In this document: positions 10,426 through 21,419 of the stretch, piece after piece | Layout: every line of letters begins with the position of its first letter | Numbering within the stretch: position 1 is the first letter of the stretch | From: Selaginella moellendorffii | Taxonomy: Eukaryota; Plantae; Lycopodiophyta | Assembly: GCF_000143415.4 (NCBI RefSeq) | Contig: NW_003314390.1 | Span: forward strand, 86,973 to 150,972 | Length of the DNA stretch: 64,000 nucleotides | Direction of reading: 5' to 3' | Program-made: the position numbers and the translations under genes | Notes under the pieces: model-generated | Told to the model about the DNA's origin: nothing | The model's database searches: none | Seen by the model: the letters and a program-made list of their open reading frames with translations, nothing else

Positions 10426-12067
10426 TGTAAGTGACTAATTTTTCCATTTTACTTTAGTCACTTAACCACACCTTTGACCATTTGGAAAAGTCTCACTCAC
10501 AATTTCCATAAGTTCTATTCCAGACTTGGGTATGCTAGCTTTGAGAATGGCATCCCCACCACTCAACCTTTGCACTTGACCAAAATGCTCTATGTATCTG
10601 ATCCCATGACCAACACCCCAAGGTACCACCGACATATTAGCCCGTTACATTAAGGCCATGCCTCTTTACTTTGGTCACACCAGTGGTCTAACACCATTTG
10701 CATCACAGTTCTGTCTCTTAAAGACTGGGCCATCCATCCATGAGTGATCATCTCAGATCCACTCTTTAGCATCTTTAGGATGTCTGTAGGCATGGGGAAT
10801 AGCCTTCCTCAATATCCCTTTTCCAATCCTCAACAAGACCCTTTCTGTCTATGGCCGTGTTGGCTAACACTGCCATTGAATCAAGGCCCATATGCCCAAC
10901 TAGTAAGTCCCATAGTCCTCTGGGATTTCCTCCTCCCATGACCATATCCTTGGTATCTACACCAGAGGATTGCTCCCCTTCTTTTTCACAATCTAGGACT
11001 TTAGGACAACATTTCGAAACACTGTGGCCTTACGCAAGCCTCGTGGGTACTCTCCCCACCTTCCGCCTTTGGGTGCTCTAGCCATGGGCTTAGAGCGAGG
11101 TTCCGTTGAGCCATGCCAGGTATCCAAGTAAGTAGTGCCACCCATACTTGGACTGGGAGCATCGACCATTTGATCTCTCGGGGGAACTATAGCCGGCTCT
11201 TGAACATTTCACCAAGCTACCCTGCTTGTTGGTTTGTATTCACTCTAGTTTTGGACTTCCCAATGGTTATCCCATCACCCAACACTTGGGTATGGGCTTT
11301 TTGGGCCAAACTGGTTTTTCCTGGCCAAACTGGCTCCACTAAAGTCCTCCCCTTTACTATACTTTTGGAGCTCACCAAACCCCCCAGGGTCTGGGAGACG
11401 AACGCTTTGGGCTTTTATGCTCTTAGACTCGAACTCGGACTCAAACTCAGACTCGGACTCAGATTCAGACTCAGACTTGGGTTGGGTTGGGTCTCGGCCT
11501 CGGTCTCGGTCTTAGTCCCAATCCCGGTCCCGGTCTTGGTCTCGGTCTCGACTTTGGACTCCATCTCGGGTCCTTCTAGAACTTCATCTTGGATTCCATC
11601 TCAGGTCCATCTTAGACTCCATCTTAGGTCTATCTCGAACTCCATCTTGGACTCCATTTCGGTCTATCTTGGACTCCATTTCAGACTCCATTTCAGACTC
11701 CATCTTCGTTCCATCTCGGACTCCATCTCGGGTCCATCTCGAACTCCATCTTGGTCCATCTTGGACTCCATCTTGGGTCTATCTTGGACTCTATCTCAGT
11801 CCATCTCAGACTCCGTCTTGGGTCCATCTCGGGTCTATCTCGGACTCCATCTCGAGTCCATCTCGAACTCCCTTTTCTAGATACTCTCTTATGGCTCACT
11901 TTACGCTTGTTCCTTGAGCACTTCGTTGGGAATTCCAATCCTGCTCTTGACCTTTCAAGTCATAGCTTTTAATCCAAATGTGTTACATTTGTTTTGCTTT
12001 TGCTTTGGCCATTACCACATAGCACCTTTTTGGCTCCACTTTGGGACTTAAGGATTTTTATCTCACA
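10426..12067 (-). mobile_element. Solo LTR of family C (same family as 57710-59483), decayed
   Basis: Reverse complement of the 57710 LTR end to end, with TG...CA termini and a perfect TSD TTCAT (10421-10425 and 12068-12072). It includes a decayed GGACTCCATCTC array. Confidence 0.92.
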
Positions 12068-12889
12068 TTCATAAGCTAAAATTTACTCCAAAGATTCATG
12101 TAGTTAAAGTTTGATAATTGTGAACTTTATTACATTTGTTAAAATATTTAAATCCTCAATTATCAAGATTTAATTTTTTTTTACATTTAGATAAAGTATA
12201 TAAGTGTAACTTAGTATTGCTAAAGATAAAAAAATTAGATCATTAAAGTATTTTACCTTGAATTGTTTTTAAAGTAATATTATGTATGCAACAAATGTTA
12301 ATGTTGTATTACTTTTTGCAATTATGGTTTTCAATATTGTTAAATCCCTTTCACTCAAATATTATAGTATATTTATGACAACTTCTAAATTAAAAATGCC
12401 ATATGTTTATAACAAGGATTATATTTATAATGATGATATTGTTATATATTTTTATTACTTATAATATTTAAATATAATATTAAAGATTTAATGAAATTAA
12501 TTTCAATCTTTTACACATTTTACTAAAAATTTTGCTAGCCAATTAGCAATAAAAATGATAATTAATTCTAATTTTCTAATTTTAACACTTCTTTTTATTT
12601 CATTTGTTAAAGTACTACACACTTTTTATGGGCTGATCCTTGCTTGTTAAGCTAATCAAACCTTTGAATGCTATCTGATAAAAAATAATTATATATGACA
12701 AGTCTTTTTAGTTACAAAGGAATTAAATACTTTTCCAAATTCTTATTTTGATTTGCTAAAATTATTTTCAAAGTTATATCTTCAACACTTTTTTTCTTCA
12801 CAAGTTTATTGAATATACATAAATTTAACACTACAATTTAATTTTAAATTATTTCTTTGTTTTTAAAAAGAATATGAAAGTACTTGTCT

Positions 12890-13420
12890 TCAAAGTACAT
12901 GTAAAAAGATTATCCATTTATCAGCTTTATATCTTCTTTTGCGATTATGAATTCTTTTAATAAGTGTTATTTCATTGAATAACTTTCGTTTTGATACATT
13001 CCCATCATTATCATCAAATATGTAAACTAATTTTTAAAACATTACTAAAATATTTAATAATATTGAGAATATGAATATGTTAAACACTTATTTGATTAGT
13101 GAATTAAATAATTATTTTAATGGACTCAAGCAGACTCATAAATGCTTATTAAAAGTTTATATATGGCCATTACTCTTGGGGTAGTTGCCCATTTTGGGTA
13201 ATAACAGCCTTACTCAGGTTATTAATAAATTATATACATTTTCAAAAAATTTATATATTATTTATTTTTCTAAGCATATTTAATAGCATATTTGATCTAT
13301 TAAAACTAACCAACTTCTAATATATTAGAACTTAATTATTTATTATTCTCTCATAAAACTTTGCCACTTTGCAGCAAGTTTTCTTGAGAGCAATCTGGCC
13401 CTCTCTCGAATTCCCTTCAA
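12890..13420. repeat. AT-rich dispersed repeat shared with 30095-30670, forming the left edge of the duplication
   Basis: The distal part is loosely similar to 30095-30490. From ~13265 onward it is near-identical to 30500+. Confidence 0.55.
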
Positions 13421-13498
13421 AAGAATAAATCCTAGTTCGCCCACCAGGCCTACACGGCACACCACAGTATTGACATCCAACTCGCAAAAGCTTGAAGC

Positions 13499-13790
13499 TC
13501 ATCTCGTTCTGCCATCCCCCGTTGCTGTCACCAAATCGGCTGCGTCGCCACCGCCTTGCCTGCGAGGTCGATGAGCGAATCTAAGAATCAGATCCTTGAA
13601 TTTTATCGTGTCAAGAATGGGGAAGTCCTGGCTGCGTCGGCGTGCCCGGAGAGGATGAACTCGGATGGAGACGAAGACCGATACAATCTCGATGAGGTGA
13701 TTGGAGAGAAAGGTGTCGCAATCCCTGCCATGAAAGCGTTGCCGCATCAATCTCATTCGCCCTCATTGCAACTCTTGATAAGCTCCTCCC
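13499..13790 (-). pseudogene. Relic of a PPR N-terminus resembling the 774-aa PPR
   Basis: GRDCDTFLSNHLIE matches GRDCDTFLSNRLIE of 7829-10153, then the similarity decays. Confidence 0.65.
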
Positions 13791-13821
13791 TAGAATCCCA
13801 AGAAAAGAGAATATCAAGAAC

Positions 13822-15609
13822 TTAGCTGCCATCGCTAGCAAAAACTCTGGAGAGCGAAAGATAAGCCGAAGAATCGTTGGAATCCACGTCCAGGAGAGCC
13901 ATTGCAGCTCGAGCTTCGCGAATGGGATCGTTGTAAATCCTCGACGCGCTCACCAGGCTCGCTAGCGCAACATCACTGGGCGAAAATGGCATGGAATCGA
14001 TCAAATCCTCCGCAGCTTGGAGCTTCCCAGCGCGGCCGAGCGCATCAACCAAGCAGCAGTAGTGCTCCACCAGAGGTGTCAGCTCAAAATCGAGAATCAG
14101 AGTAACGAAATAGTTCCGGGCCTCGCGAACAAGCCCGATGTGGCTGCAAGCCACCAAAACACTCGAAAACGTCATCTCGTCAATGCGAAAGCCATGAAGA
14201 ACCATGTCGTGAAAGATTCCATGGGCCTCTTGCGGATACCCCTTGTGGGCATATGCCGCGATCATAAGATTCCAAGAGATTATATTCCTCTCCGGAGTAT
14301 CATCGAAGTAAAGCCTAGCTTTCTCAACGTTTCCAACCTCACCATAGACAAATATCATGATGTTCCATGACACGAGATTCCTCTCGGGTATCTTCTCAAA
14401 CAAGTCCTTGGCCAAGGGAATATCCCCGTTCTGGGCATATGCTGTGTACATGGCATTCCAGGTGACGAGATTCTTGCCAGGCATGGTCGCGAATATCCTC
14501 TTGGCATCTTCCAGATCCCCTTCTCTAGATGCGGCCGTTAGCATCGCAGTGTAGGAGTAAACGTTCCTTCTTTCCGGGTTGGACGAGAACATTCGCTGGG
14601 CCTCGTGGTAATGGCCATTCTCCGCGTATCCGACGATCATGGCCGTCCAGCTCACCACATCCCAGCCGCTCATTCGCGCAAACACGGCCTTGGCCTCCTC
14701 GAGGCGGGAATTTTGAATGTAGCTCTGGAGCATGGACGTCCAGGATACAACGCAGCGATCCAACGGCGTGGAATCGAAGAGGGCTTTGGCGTCCGGGAGG
14801 GAGGAAGGGCTCTTGGCCATGGCTTGGGTCATGGCGGTCCAGGAGACGATGTCGAATTGGGGCTGCCGGTAGAAGATCGATTGCGCCTCTTCGATCCGGC
14901 CGCCTTGCGCGTAGGCGGATGCAAGGGCAGTGTAGGACAGGAGATCGCGGTTCTTCATCGAGTCGAAGACGATCTTGCCTTGATCGATCTGGCCGTGGCG
15001 CAGGTAGCCGTGGAGCATCAGCGTCCAGGCGATGTCGTCCTTCTCCGGCATTGCGTCGAAGATCGCCTTTGCGGCTTCCAGATGCCCTCCCAGCACGTAT
15101 TCTTTGAAGATCGTCGTCCAGGAGATGATTCCCCAGAAGGGCATTCGATCGAGAAAGCGTCTGGATTCGTGGAGGAGGCCGCCCAGGGCGTAGGCTCGGA
15201 TCATGATATTCCAGGTGATATCGTCCTTCTGGGGCATGGCATCGAAGAGAGATTTCGTCTCCTCTGGATTCCCAGTGTGGGCAAATGCCGTCAAGAGCGC
15301 GTTCCACAGCACGATGTCCGTCCCCGGCACAAGAAAGAAGAGATTTTTGGCGTCCTGGATGGCGCCGCCGTGGATGCATCCAGTGATCATGTTGTTCCAG
15401 GTGAAGACGTTGCGAGATCTCATCCGGTGGAAGGTCTTCCAGGCATTCTCCACGCTGCCGCATTTGCCGTAGCTGAGGAGCAGGAGATTGGTGAGATAGG
15501 TGTCGTCGCGGAAGCCATTCTCGATGAGCTTGGCGTGCGCGGCGCGGCATTCTGCCAGGCTCTTGATATTTCGGGTGATCGTCGCGAGAAATCTTCGATC
15601 CAAGCTCAT
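13822..15609 (-). CDS. PLS-E class PPR protein (595 aa), copy 1
   Basis: Tandem 31-aa repeats, then TFSSVLVACSHIG...EHYCCLVDALGRAGKL...MPFSP...SSAYLSLS (E domain). Confidence 0.93.
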   Translation of the reverse strand: MSLDRRFLATITRNIKSLAECRAAHAKLIENGFRDDTYLTNLLLLSYGKCGSVENAWKTFHRMRSRNVFTWNNMITGCIHGGAIQDAKNLFFLVPGTDIVLWNALLTAFAHTGNPEETKSLFDAMPQKDDITWNIMIRAYALGGLLHESRRFLDRMPFWGIISWTTIFKEYVLGGHLEAAKAIFDAMPEKDDIAWTLMLHGYLRHGQIDQGKIVFDSMKNRDLLSYTALASAYAQGGRIEEAQSIFYRQPQFDIVSWTAMTQAMAKSPSSLPDAKALFDSTPLDRCVVSWTSMLQSYIQNSRLEEAKAVFARMSGWDVVSWTAMIVGYAENGHYHEAQRMFSSNPERRNVYSYTAMLTAASREGDLEDAKRIFATMPGKNLVTWNAMYTAYAQNGDIPLAKDLFEKIPERNLVSWNIMIFVYGEVGNVEKARLYFDDTPERNIISWNLMIAAYAHKGYPQEAHGIFHDMVLHGFRIDEMTFSSVLVACSHIGLVREARNYFVTLILDFELTPLVEHYCCLVDALGRAGKLQAAEDLIDSMPFSPSDVALASLVSASRIYNDPIREARAAMALLDVDSNDSSAYLSLSRVFASDGS

Positions 15610-15633
15610 GCGCTACCTCCTAGGGTTTGGACG

Positions 15634-16832
15634 ATGCAGCGATGGATCCCCGGCGAGACGCGAGAGCTCCACGCGCGGTGGAAGCGCAAGGCGCTACAGG
15701 TATGGCGCAAGAGCCTCTACCTGGATCGTGTGGTGCGGTGGGACGAGCTGATCTACTCGGAGATCCCCAGAGCCATGGAATTCGTCCAGAGCCAGGGCGG
15801 GAGGATCGACATCAAGAGAATGCCGGCGGAGATGGACGAGGTGAGCAAGAGGAGGATGAGCAAGCTCCTTCGCAAGCACGCCGCGGTGTTTAAGCTCACG
15901 TACAAGCACCACAGGACCCAGGAGTGGATCGAGCTCAGGGATTTCATGCAAGAGATCATGGAGGCCGAGAGGCAGGCGATCCGGGACAGGGATGAGAAGC
16001 TGTCGGTGTCCATCGTGAAGAAAATCTTGATGATGTGCAAGGATCGCAGGGCGCCAGTGACTCCGCTCAAGAACTTGAGCAAAGAGTGTGCCTTCCCTGT
16101 GGATTTTGATGGTTTTCTCCGGAGGTATCCGGAGGATTTCCGGCTAGTCGGGGGATCCAGAATGGTGGAGCTCGTTTCGTGGGATCAGTCGCTAGCCGTG
16201 ACTGACAGAGAAAGGGCTGTGGAGGCAGGAAGAACGCAAAGAATTCTCGGCCCTTGGGCGTTCGTGAGTACGTTTCCAAAGAAGTTCGAGGCGGACAGGA
16301 TTTTCTGGGAGGAATTCGACAAGTTCCAAAGACTTCCAATGCCGTCACCTTACGAAGACCCCGGCAACTCGGCAGATCCAAGCAGTCTGTCTGGAGAGAA
16401 GAGACTCCTGGCAGTCTTTCACGAGCTACTCAGCCTCACGATCGAGAAGAGAGCATCTCTTGCAAAGTTCAAAGGATTCAAGCAGGAGTTGCGGCTGCCA
16501 GAGTACTCAGACGCTCTGCTTGCGAGCCACCCACGGTTTTTCTACGTCTCAGAGAGCAACTCACGCCAGATGGCGTTTCTCCGCGAAGCTTACCGGGAGA
16601 ACGATCGGGTGTCCGTGACAAGAGTAAAGGATCCGCTGGTTACTATAAGGAATCGATACATGGGCCTGCTAAGGGTGGAGTTCAGGGAGCCGCGGGTGAA
16701 AAGGCCTTGTGTATTTAGCACAGATGAAAGCGATAACGAGGTAAGTTGTTGCTCTATATGTTTTCTATCTCATCTTCTGGTTTGTTTGGCCGTTTGCAGG
16801 ATTGTGACACAGACGCCGCAGATATACCATGA
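15634..16832 (+). CDS. PORR (plant organelle RNA recognition) domain protein, copy 1
   Basis: Motifs KKILMM, FPVDF...RYPEDF, VELVSWDQSLAVT, FQRLPMPSPYED, EKRLLAVFHELLSLTIEKR, HPRFFYVS and FLREAY. Intron 16740-16799, last exon DCDTDAADIP*. Confidence 0.88.
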
Positions 16833-17332
16833 ATCGTGGAAGGAGAAAGCGCTCACAAGAGACAGACACTGATCGTTTGAGAAGGTATGTTGCTTATTTC
16901 TCGTTTTCCTTTGCGGGCAGTGATGACGAGGTCTCTAGATGTTTTCTATCTCACCTTTTCGTTTCTTTGGCCTTTGCAGGAATGTGACAAGACGCCGCGT
17001 GGAAGCAGGCATGCGCTCACACGTTGATCGTTTTTCCGGTCATGGGAAGGTATGTTGCTCTTCCTTTGCTGCGAGCAGTGATTGACGTTTGTTGGTTATA
17101 GAAAGCCAAAGCCGCGAGCTCCAAACCTGTTCTTGGAGTGACATCTCTTCGTTACCAAATGACCATTTCAATGCCGCTCGGCGAGAAACTGAGGTTAGTC
17201 GCAACCGGTTTCTAATCTTTTAATTTGGAGATTGTGACAAGGATGATGCAACTTACACTGCCTTGCAGACCGCCCCATTGTGACAGATTCAAGACCACTT
17301 GAAAGCATACAACTTCACAGGATAGGATCGAA

Positions 17333-18508
17333 TCAACGTAGGATAGTGCGATAAGTTCTACATAGCGAAAGAAGAGGACAGTCCCAGCTACATCGTGACA
17401 CCAGGTAGTCGCAAACATCCTTGTGCCAAAACTCCATCACCGATTCCCAGAGGCTGGGAACTCGTTTGGGCAGTGCCACCCTCAGCAAGCCATCGCCAGT
17501 CAAGTTGTAGCTCGCCCTGTCCTCCACATACCTGTGAGGGAAGTAAAGCCTGCGAGCAAACACTTTGGTGCTCGCTCCTCCGCGCTCCAGCCTCACTGCG
17601 TGGCCGCCATCCTCGTCCCGAGCAACGCCGGCTATGGATGCGATGCAACCAGTCCCTTGCGCTTCTCCCATCAGCTTCAAGAACCCGTCGCGCTCCATCA
17701 TGCCCCGGATCTCCCGAGCTGCTGCTGCTGCTTCTTCGCCATCTTTTCCTCCTCCCCCGGACGAGCAAGTGACTTCCACCTGAGCCGACTGCGCGCCAGG
17801 CATCTCCGCGACGATCACGTACGAATCCGGGAGCTCCAAGATGTCCACCAGTGGCGACACTGTGATCACGCTCGGGTCATGGACGCAAGCACCAACTTTG
17901 GTGGCAACGAGAGCTTCCGGTCGGACGAGTCGATCAGCGTTTTCGATGGTGTGGCCCATGGGCGGAGCTCGCAGCCCACGAGCCGTGGAATGAGCCTCAT
18001 CACTCCGAGGCTCCAGCTCCACCAAGTCTTGTACTAGCTCGGATCCTGGAACAAGCGGCACCGTCACCCGCAAGAGACCATTCTCAATCCGGTGGCTGAT
18101 CCTGGCCGCGTCGGCGTGCCCGGGGAGGATGAACTTGCGAGCAAACAGCTTGGTGAAAGCACCGCGATCACGGACGGAGAACTCGGCTGGCTCCTGGTCG
18201 TGGGAGACGCCAGCGATGGAGAGAAGATGAGAGCCCTCTACTGCTTCCACCTTGATTGATACGTCGCTGCTCGCCACTCCTGGCATCTCCACCAGGATGA
18301 GATACGCGCCTTGGAGGCGCACCACGTCGGTGGGAGGAGCCGTCACGACCGTGTCGCCGATGGCGCAAAGGAACGACATCATTGCGTCCTCTACCTCGGC
18401 TGTGGCGTTGGAGGAGCTCCCGCAGCCCCGCGCGTGGACGGAAAGGCCATGCTTGCACGCCGCCACCGCTGCCGTGAAGAGCGCCAACAGCAATAGCGCC
18501 CTTCTCAT
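17333..18508 (-). CDS. Signal-peptide protein with two alpha-crystallin/HSP20 domains, copy 1
   Basis: MRRALLLLALFTAAVAA leader. ACD1 reads PTDVV..VEMPGV...FARKFILP..ISHRIENGLLRVTVP and ACD2 reads VDILELPDSYVIVAEMPG...FARRLYFP...DGLLRVALPK. Intronless. Confidence 0.85.
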   Translation of the reverse strand: MRRALLLLALFTAAVAACKHGLSVHARGCGSSSNATAEVEDAMMSFLCAIGDTVVTAPPTDVVRLQGAYLILVEMPGVASSDVSIKVEAVEGSHLLSIAGVSHDQEPAEFSVRDRGAFTKLFARKFILPGHADAARISHRIENGLLRVTVPLVPGSELVQDLVELEPRSDEAHSTARGLRAPPMGHTIENADRLVRPEALVATKVGACVHDPSVITVSPLVDILELPDSYVIVAEMPGAQSAQVEVTCSSGGGGKDGEEAAAAAREIRGMMERDGFLKLMGEAQGTGCIASIAGVARDEDGGHAVRLERGGASTKVFARRLYFPHRYVEDRASYNLTGDGLLRVALPKRVPSLWESVMEFWHKDVCDYLVSRCSWDCPLLSLCRTYRTILR

Positions 18509-19320
18509 CTTACCCTACATCAAGAGCTTAGCAATTAGGATTATTATAGAAAACGATCGATCAAACCTTACAAAAAGGATTCCAAGTCCTTAAGCTTTCA
18601 GGAAAGGTGTAGGAAAAAACAAGAAAACACGTACCGGCGGCTTGGAAGCTTGTATTACCGAGAAATCTGAGTTCCACTAGATCGATCCTACACAGCCAGC
18701 CGTGATAGAAGAAAAGATTACCCACTGTAAACTTGCGAACTTGGATCCCGTCAGTTGGCGAGAAAGCAGCAGCGTCCATTTTTCCCCACCTCAGCCTCGA
18801 GAGTTTCTTATTTTGTTGGGAGCCCTTGACTTGGATCAGTGGTCGCTTCGCCACCATAAACTCCCTCCTCTTAGGACTCCTGCATGACAAGAAAGGCAAC
18901 ACTTTCCACAGCAAGACGTTTAGATATGCACCTGCCATTTTGCAACGGGTGCTCCCGCCTCATCCATGAATCCTGTGCACCATTTTGACACTGTCAATTA
19001 AGACAAAAGCAAAAGAGAACTCGTCCAACCAAAAACTCACCTTCGACAATGTAGCACCTAATGTAGACTCTCCTGTGTTTAAATGATTCTCGATATCGTT
19101 CAGATTAAAAGCAGGTCGCAAGAAGTTTAAATCTGCCTGACCAGTAAAACGCAGAAACATGCCACTCACCTGGAGTTTTAGCCGTTCTAGTACCAGTATT
19201 TTTCAGACTGCTCTATACTCTGCAATGAACATCGAAAACAAACATACCAGTGATTGCCTCTGTCTTTCTCACGCAGCTTTATTACACTGCCAAAAGAACA
19301 AAAACCAAAAAGAAAAAACG

Positions 19321-21220
19321 TTATAACTCTACAATGCTATCTAATGGAAAAGGTTTTGTTGATCCGATTGCCATAGTTGAGTTGGGCCATTTCAAACCTT
19401 CTAGAAGCTTCTTGTATGTTGCATTACCACGGAGGAGGAGGTAGTTAAGGTGTGTCGTGAAAAAACTTCGCTTCATAATCTCCGACTGCAATGTATATTC
19501 GTAAGTAACCAACAGGACTTCCAATCACAAACATACATAACCAGTAGTCTCGTTGTCAAGGCATGCGGACAGTGAAACGACTGAGCTTCCAAAGAGCGTT
19601 TTCGTTAGCAATGTTGGAATAGGCCGAAGGGTTGCGGTTTTCCAGCCTGAACCTGCCAAGAAATCTCTTGAGCAGAATTTTCTTAAGAATAGTTCAAGTA
19701 CCTGTGTTCTGAAAAGGAAGGTCCAATGCTGTGCCACTGTGGCAGGCGTTGAAGATTGCTGTAAGCTTTACAACCTCTCCAATGCCTAACACCATTATGT
19801 CGTGAAGTATATCATCTAATAGATACTGAAAGGAACAAAATTAAAATTTAGAAGAAAAAGACTTACTCCATCCTTCACGACAAATCTTTCATCGAAGTTA
19901 TCCATTTCATCGTGATCAAAATCAGTTATATTGCCTCCGTGACCTACCATCAAAAAAGAAATTCACGGAAAAGGCCATAAAACGAAAGACACATACCACA
20001 GAAGTAGAAAAGCAGTTGATCTCCAGGATTTGTGTTCGCCATAAGCTGTCGTATTGCTTTCAACGATTCACTCCTCGATGGAACTTTAACAAAGTACAAT
20101 CTTAGAACTAGTTAGCAACAAAATAGCAAACCTTGAAGGATATCAAATCGGCGATAATCATATTCCATCGATATGAGACGCGACATTAGATCTACATCCA
20201 ATGCACAACCGGGAAACCCGGCAATCAACAACGCCTTTTTCAACCCCTTCTCGTTCATCAAGGTTGGTGGAAAAGCTAAGTCGGTGCCAGTTTTGCAGTT
20301 GAAATAGTTCTGAAAGGTTGTCAAATGTGCTTCTCCGGGATTGAAAGCCACTGTTAGAGCAATCAGTAAGATTATCCCTGATACCAAACTATTAGAAAAC
20401 GAATTGGTTTACACACCCAATGTTAATACCTTTCAAATCTCCTCTAACATCCCAGAAGTAAGATTGAGGTCGGGAGCCCCTGCAGCCCCGATTAGTCGTC
20501 ACACAAATTCTTCAAAATAAGAAAAGCTTACAAACCTTACACCGTTTATGCCAGCTCCAAGAACAGGCATAATCCGATGGACGAGATGGAGGAGCTCTTG
20601 AAACATTGCATGAGTTCTCCTGCAACACCGAGAATTAATCATCAACAATAAGCTTTCCAGCAAAAGAAACAGGCTTTTACCTTGCACCGAGTCCAAGAAC
20701 AAGCAAGAGAAGTTGAAATATCAAAGAAATTCTCCTGCAACACCTATTAAGCAAGCCTTCCAGCACAAGAAACAAGCTTACCTTGCACCGCAGCTGCTGA
20801 AAGAAGGATCGGCTGGGCCAGACCGAGCAGATCGCGGAAAATCACGTAAGTTCTCCTGCATCAACGATTCATCGTCAACAATATCCTTCCAAGAAATAAG
20901 CTTACCTTGCGAGTCCAGTAACAGGCGGGATCGGGACCAGATCCTGACAGATCGGGCAGCTTCTCCTGCAATCATCAACAATATCGGTATGAAATGCGAT
21001 TTCGACTTGAAATCCCCCGGAAACACCATGGGAGAAGAACGACGCTCTACCGCTACCGTAATATGCAAGGAAATGCGGCGATCCGAGAAAGAAAGAAGCG
21101 CTAGCGAGCGGCCATCGATGCGCGGGAGGGAAATGAGTCAAGAGAAGGAAATCGATCGATTACCTTGCCGGGAACTTCTGCCACTGGCTGCTGCTGCCGC
21201 TGCCGCCGCTGCTTTCCATG
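19321..21220 (-). CDS. Type-I-like metacaspase, multi-exon (possibly disabled)
   Basis: KKALLIAG, PGDQLLFYFC|GHG (catalytic His), KLTAIFNACHSGTALDLP (catalytic Cys) and p10 VSLSACLDNETT. The simplest splice into the last exon is out of frame, and the 5' exons are uncertain. Confidence 0.75.
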
Positions 21221-21419
21221 CCGCATCATGTCCACAAGCTCGATGCTCGTCATCGCCGCCCGATCGTCGCCGCCGCGCAGGCGCATTGGCGCTGAGAAGA
21301 AGGCCCTAGCTTTCGGCCCGCCATTTCCCTCTATTTAAACGAGCCAGGCCTCTGGTACGGCATGGACCACATCTTCGTACGAATAGGCCAAATGTGAGAA
21401 GTCCATTATGGGCATTTGC

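Larger units (their letters stand above)
13265..19042. repeat. Segmental duplication, copy 1 (copy 2 is 30500-37642)
   Basis: Collinear, near-identical PPR relic, PPR, PORR and double-HSP20 genes. The offset is 18759 nt in the genic part. Confidence 0.95.

Noticed and set aside
14605-15633. 343-codon N-terminal extension of the PORR ORF antisense to the PPR (755-aa ORFs in both copies)
   Set aside because: It is the in-register antisense shadow of a GC3-rich CDS with no domain features. PORR similarity starts only after the ATG at 15634.
18540-18700. Heat-shock elements upstream of the double-HSP20 gene
   Set aside because: Only a two-unit TTCnnGAA was found, and it is not retained in copy 2.
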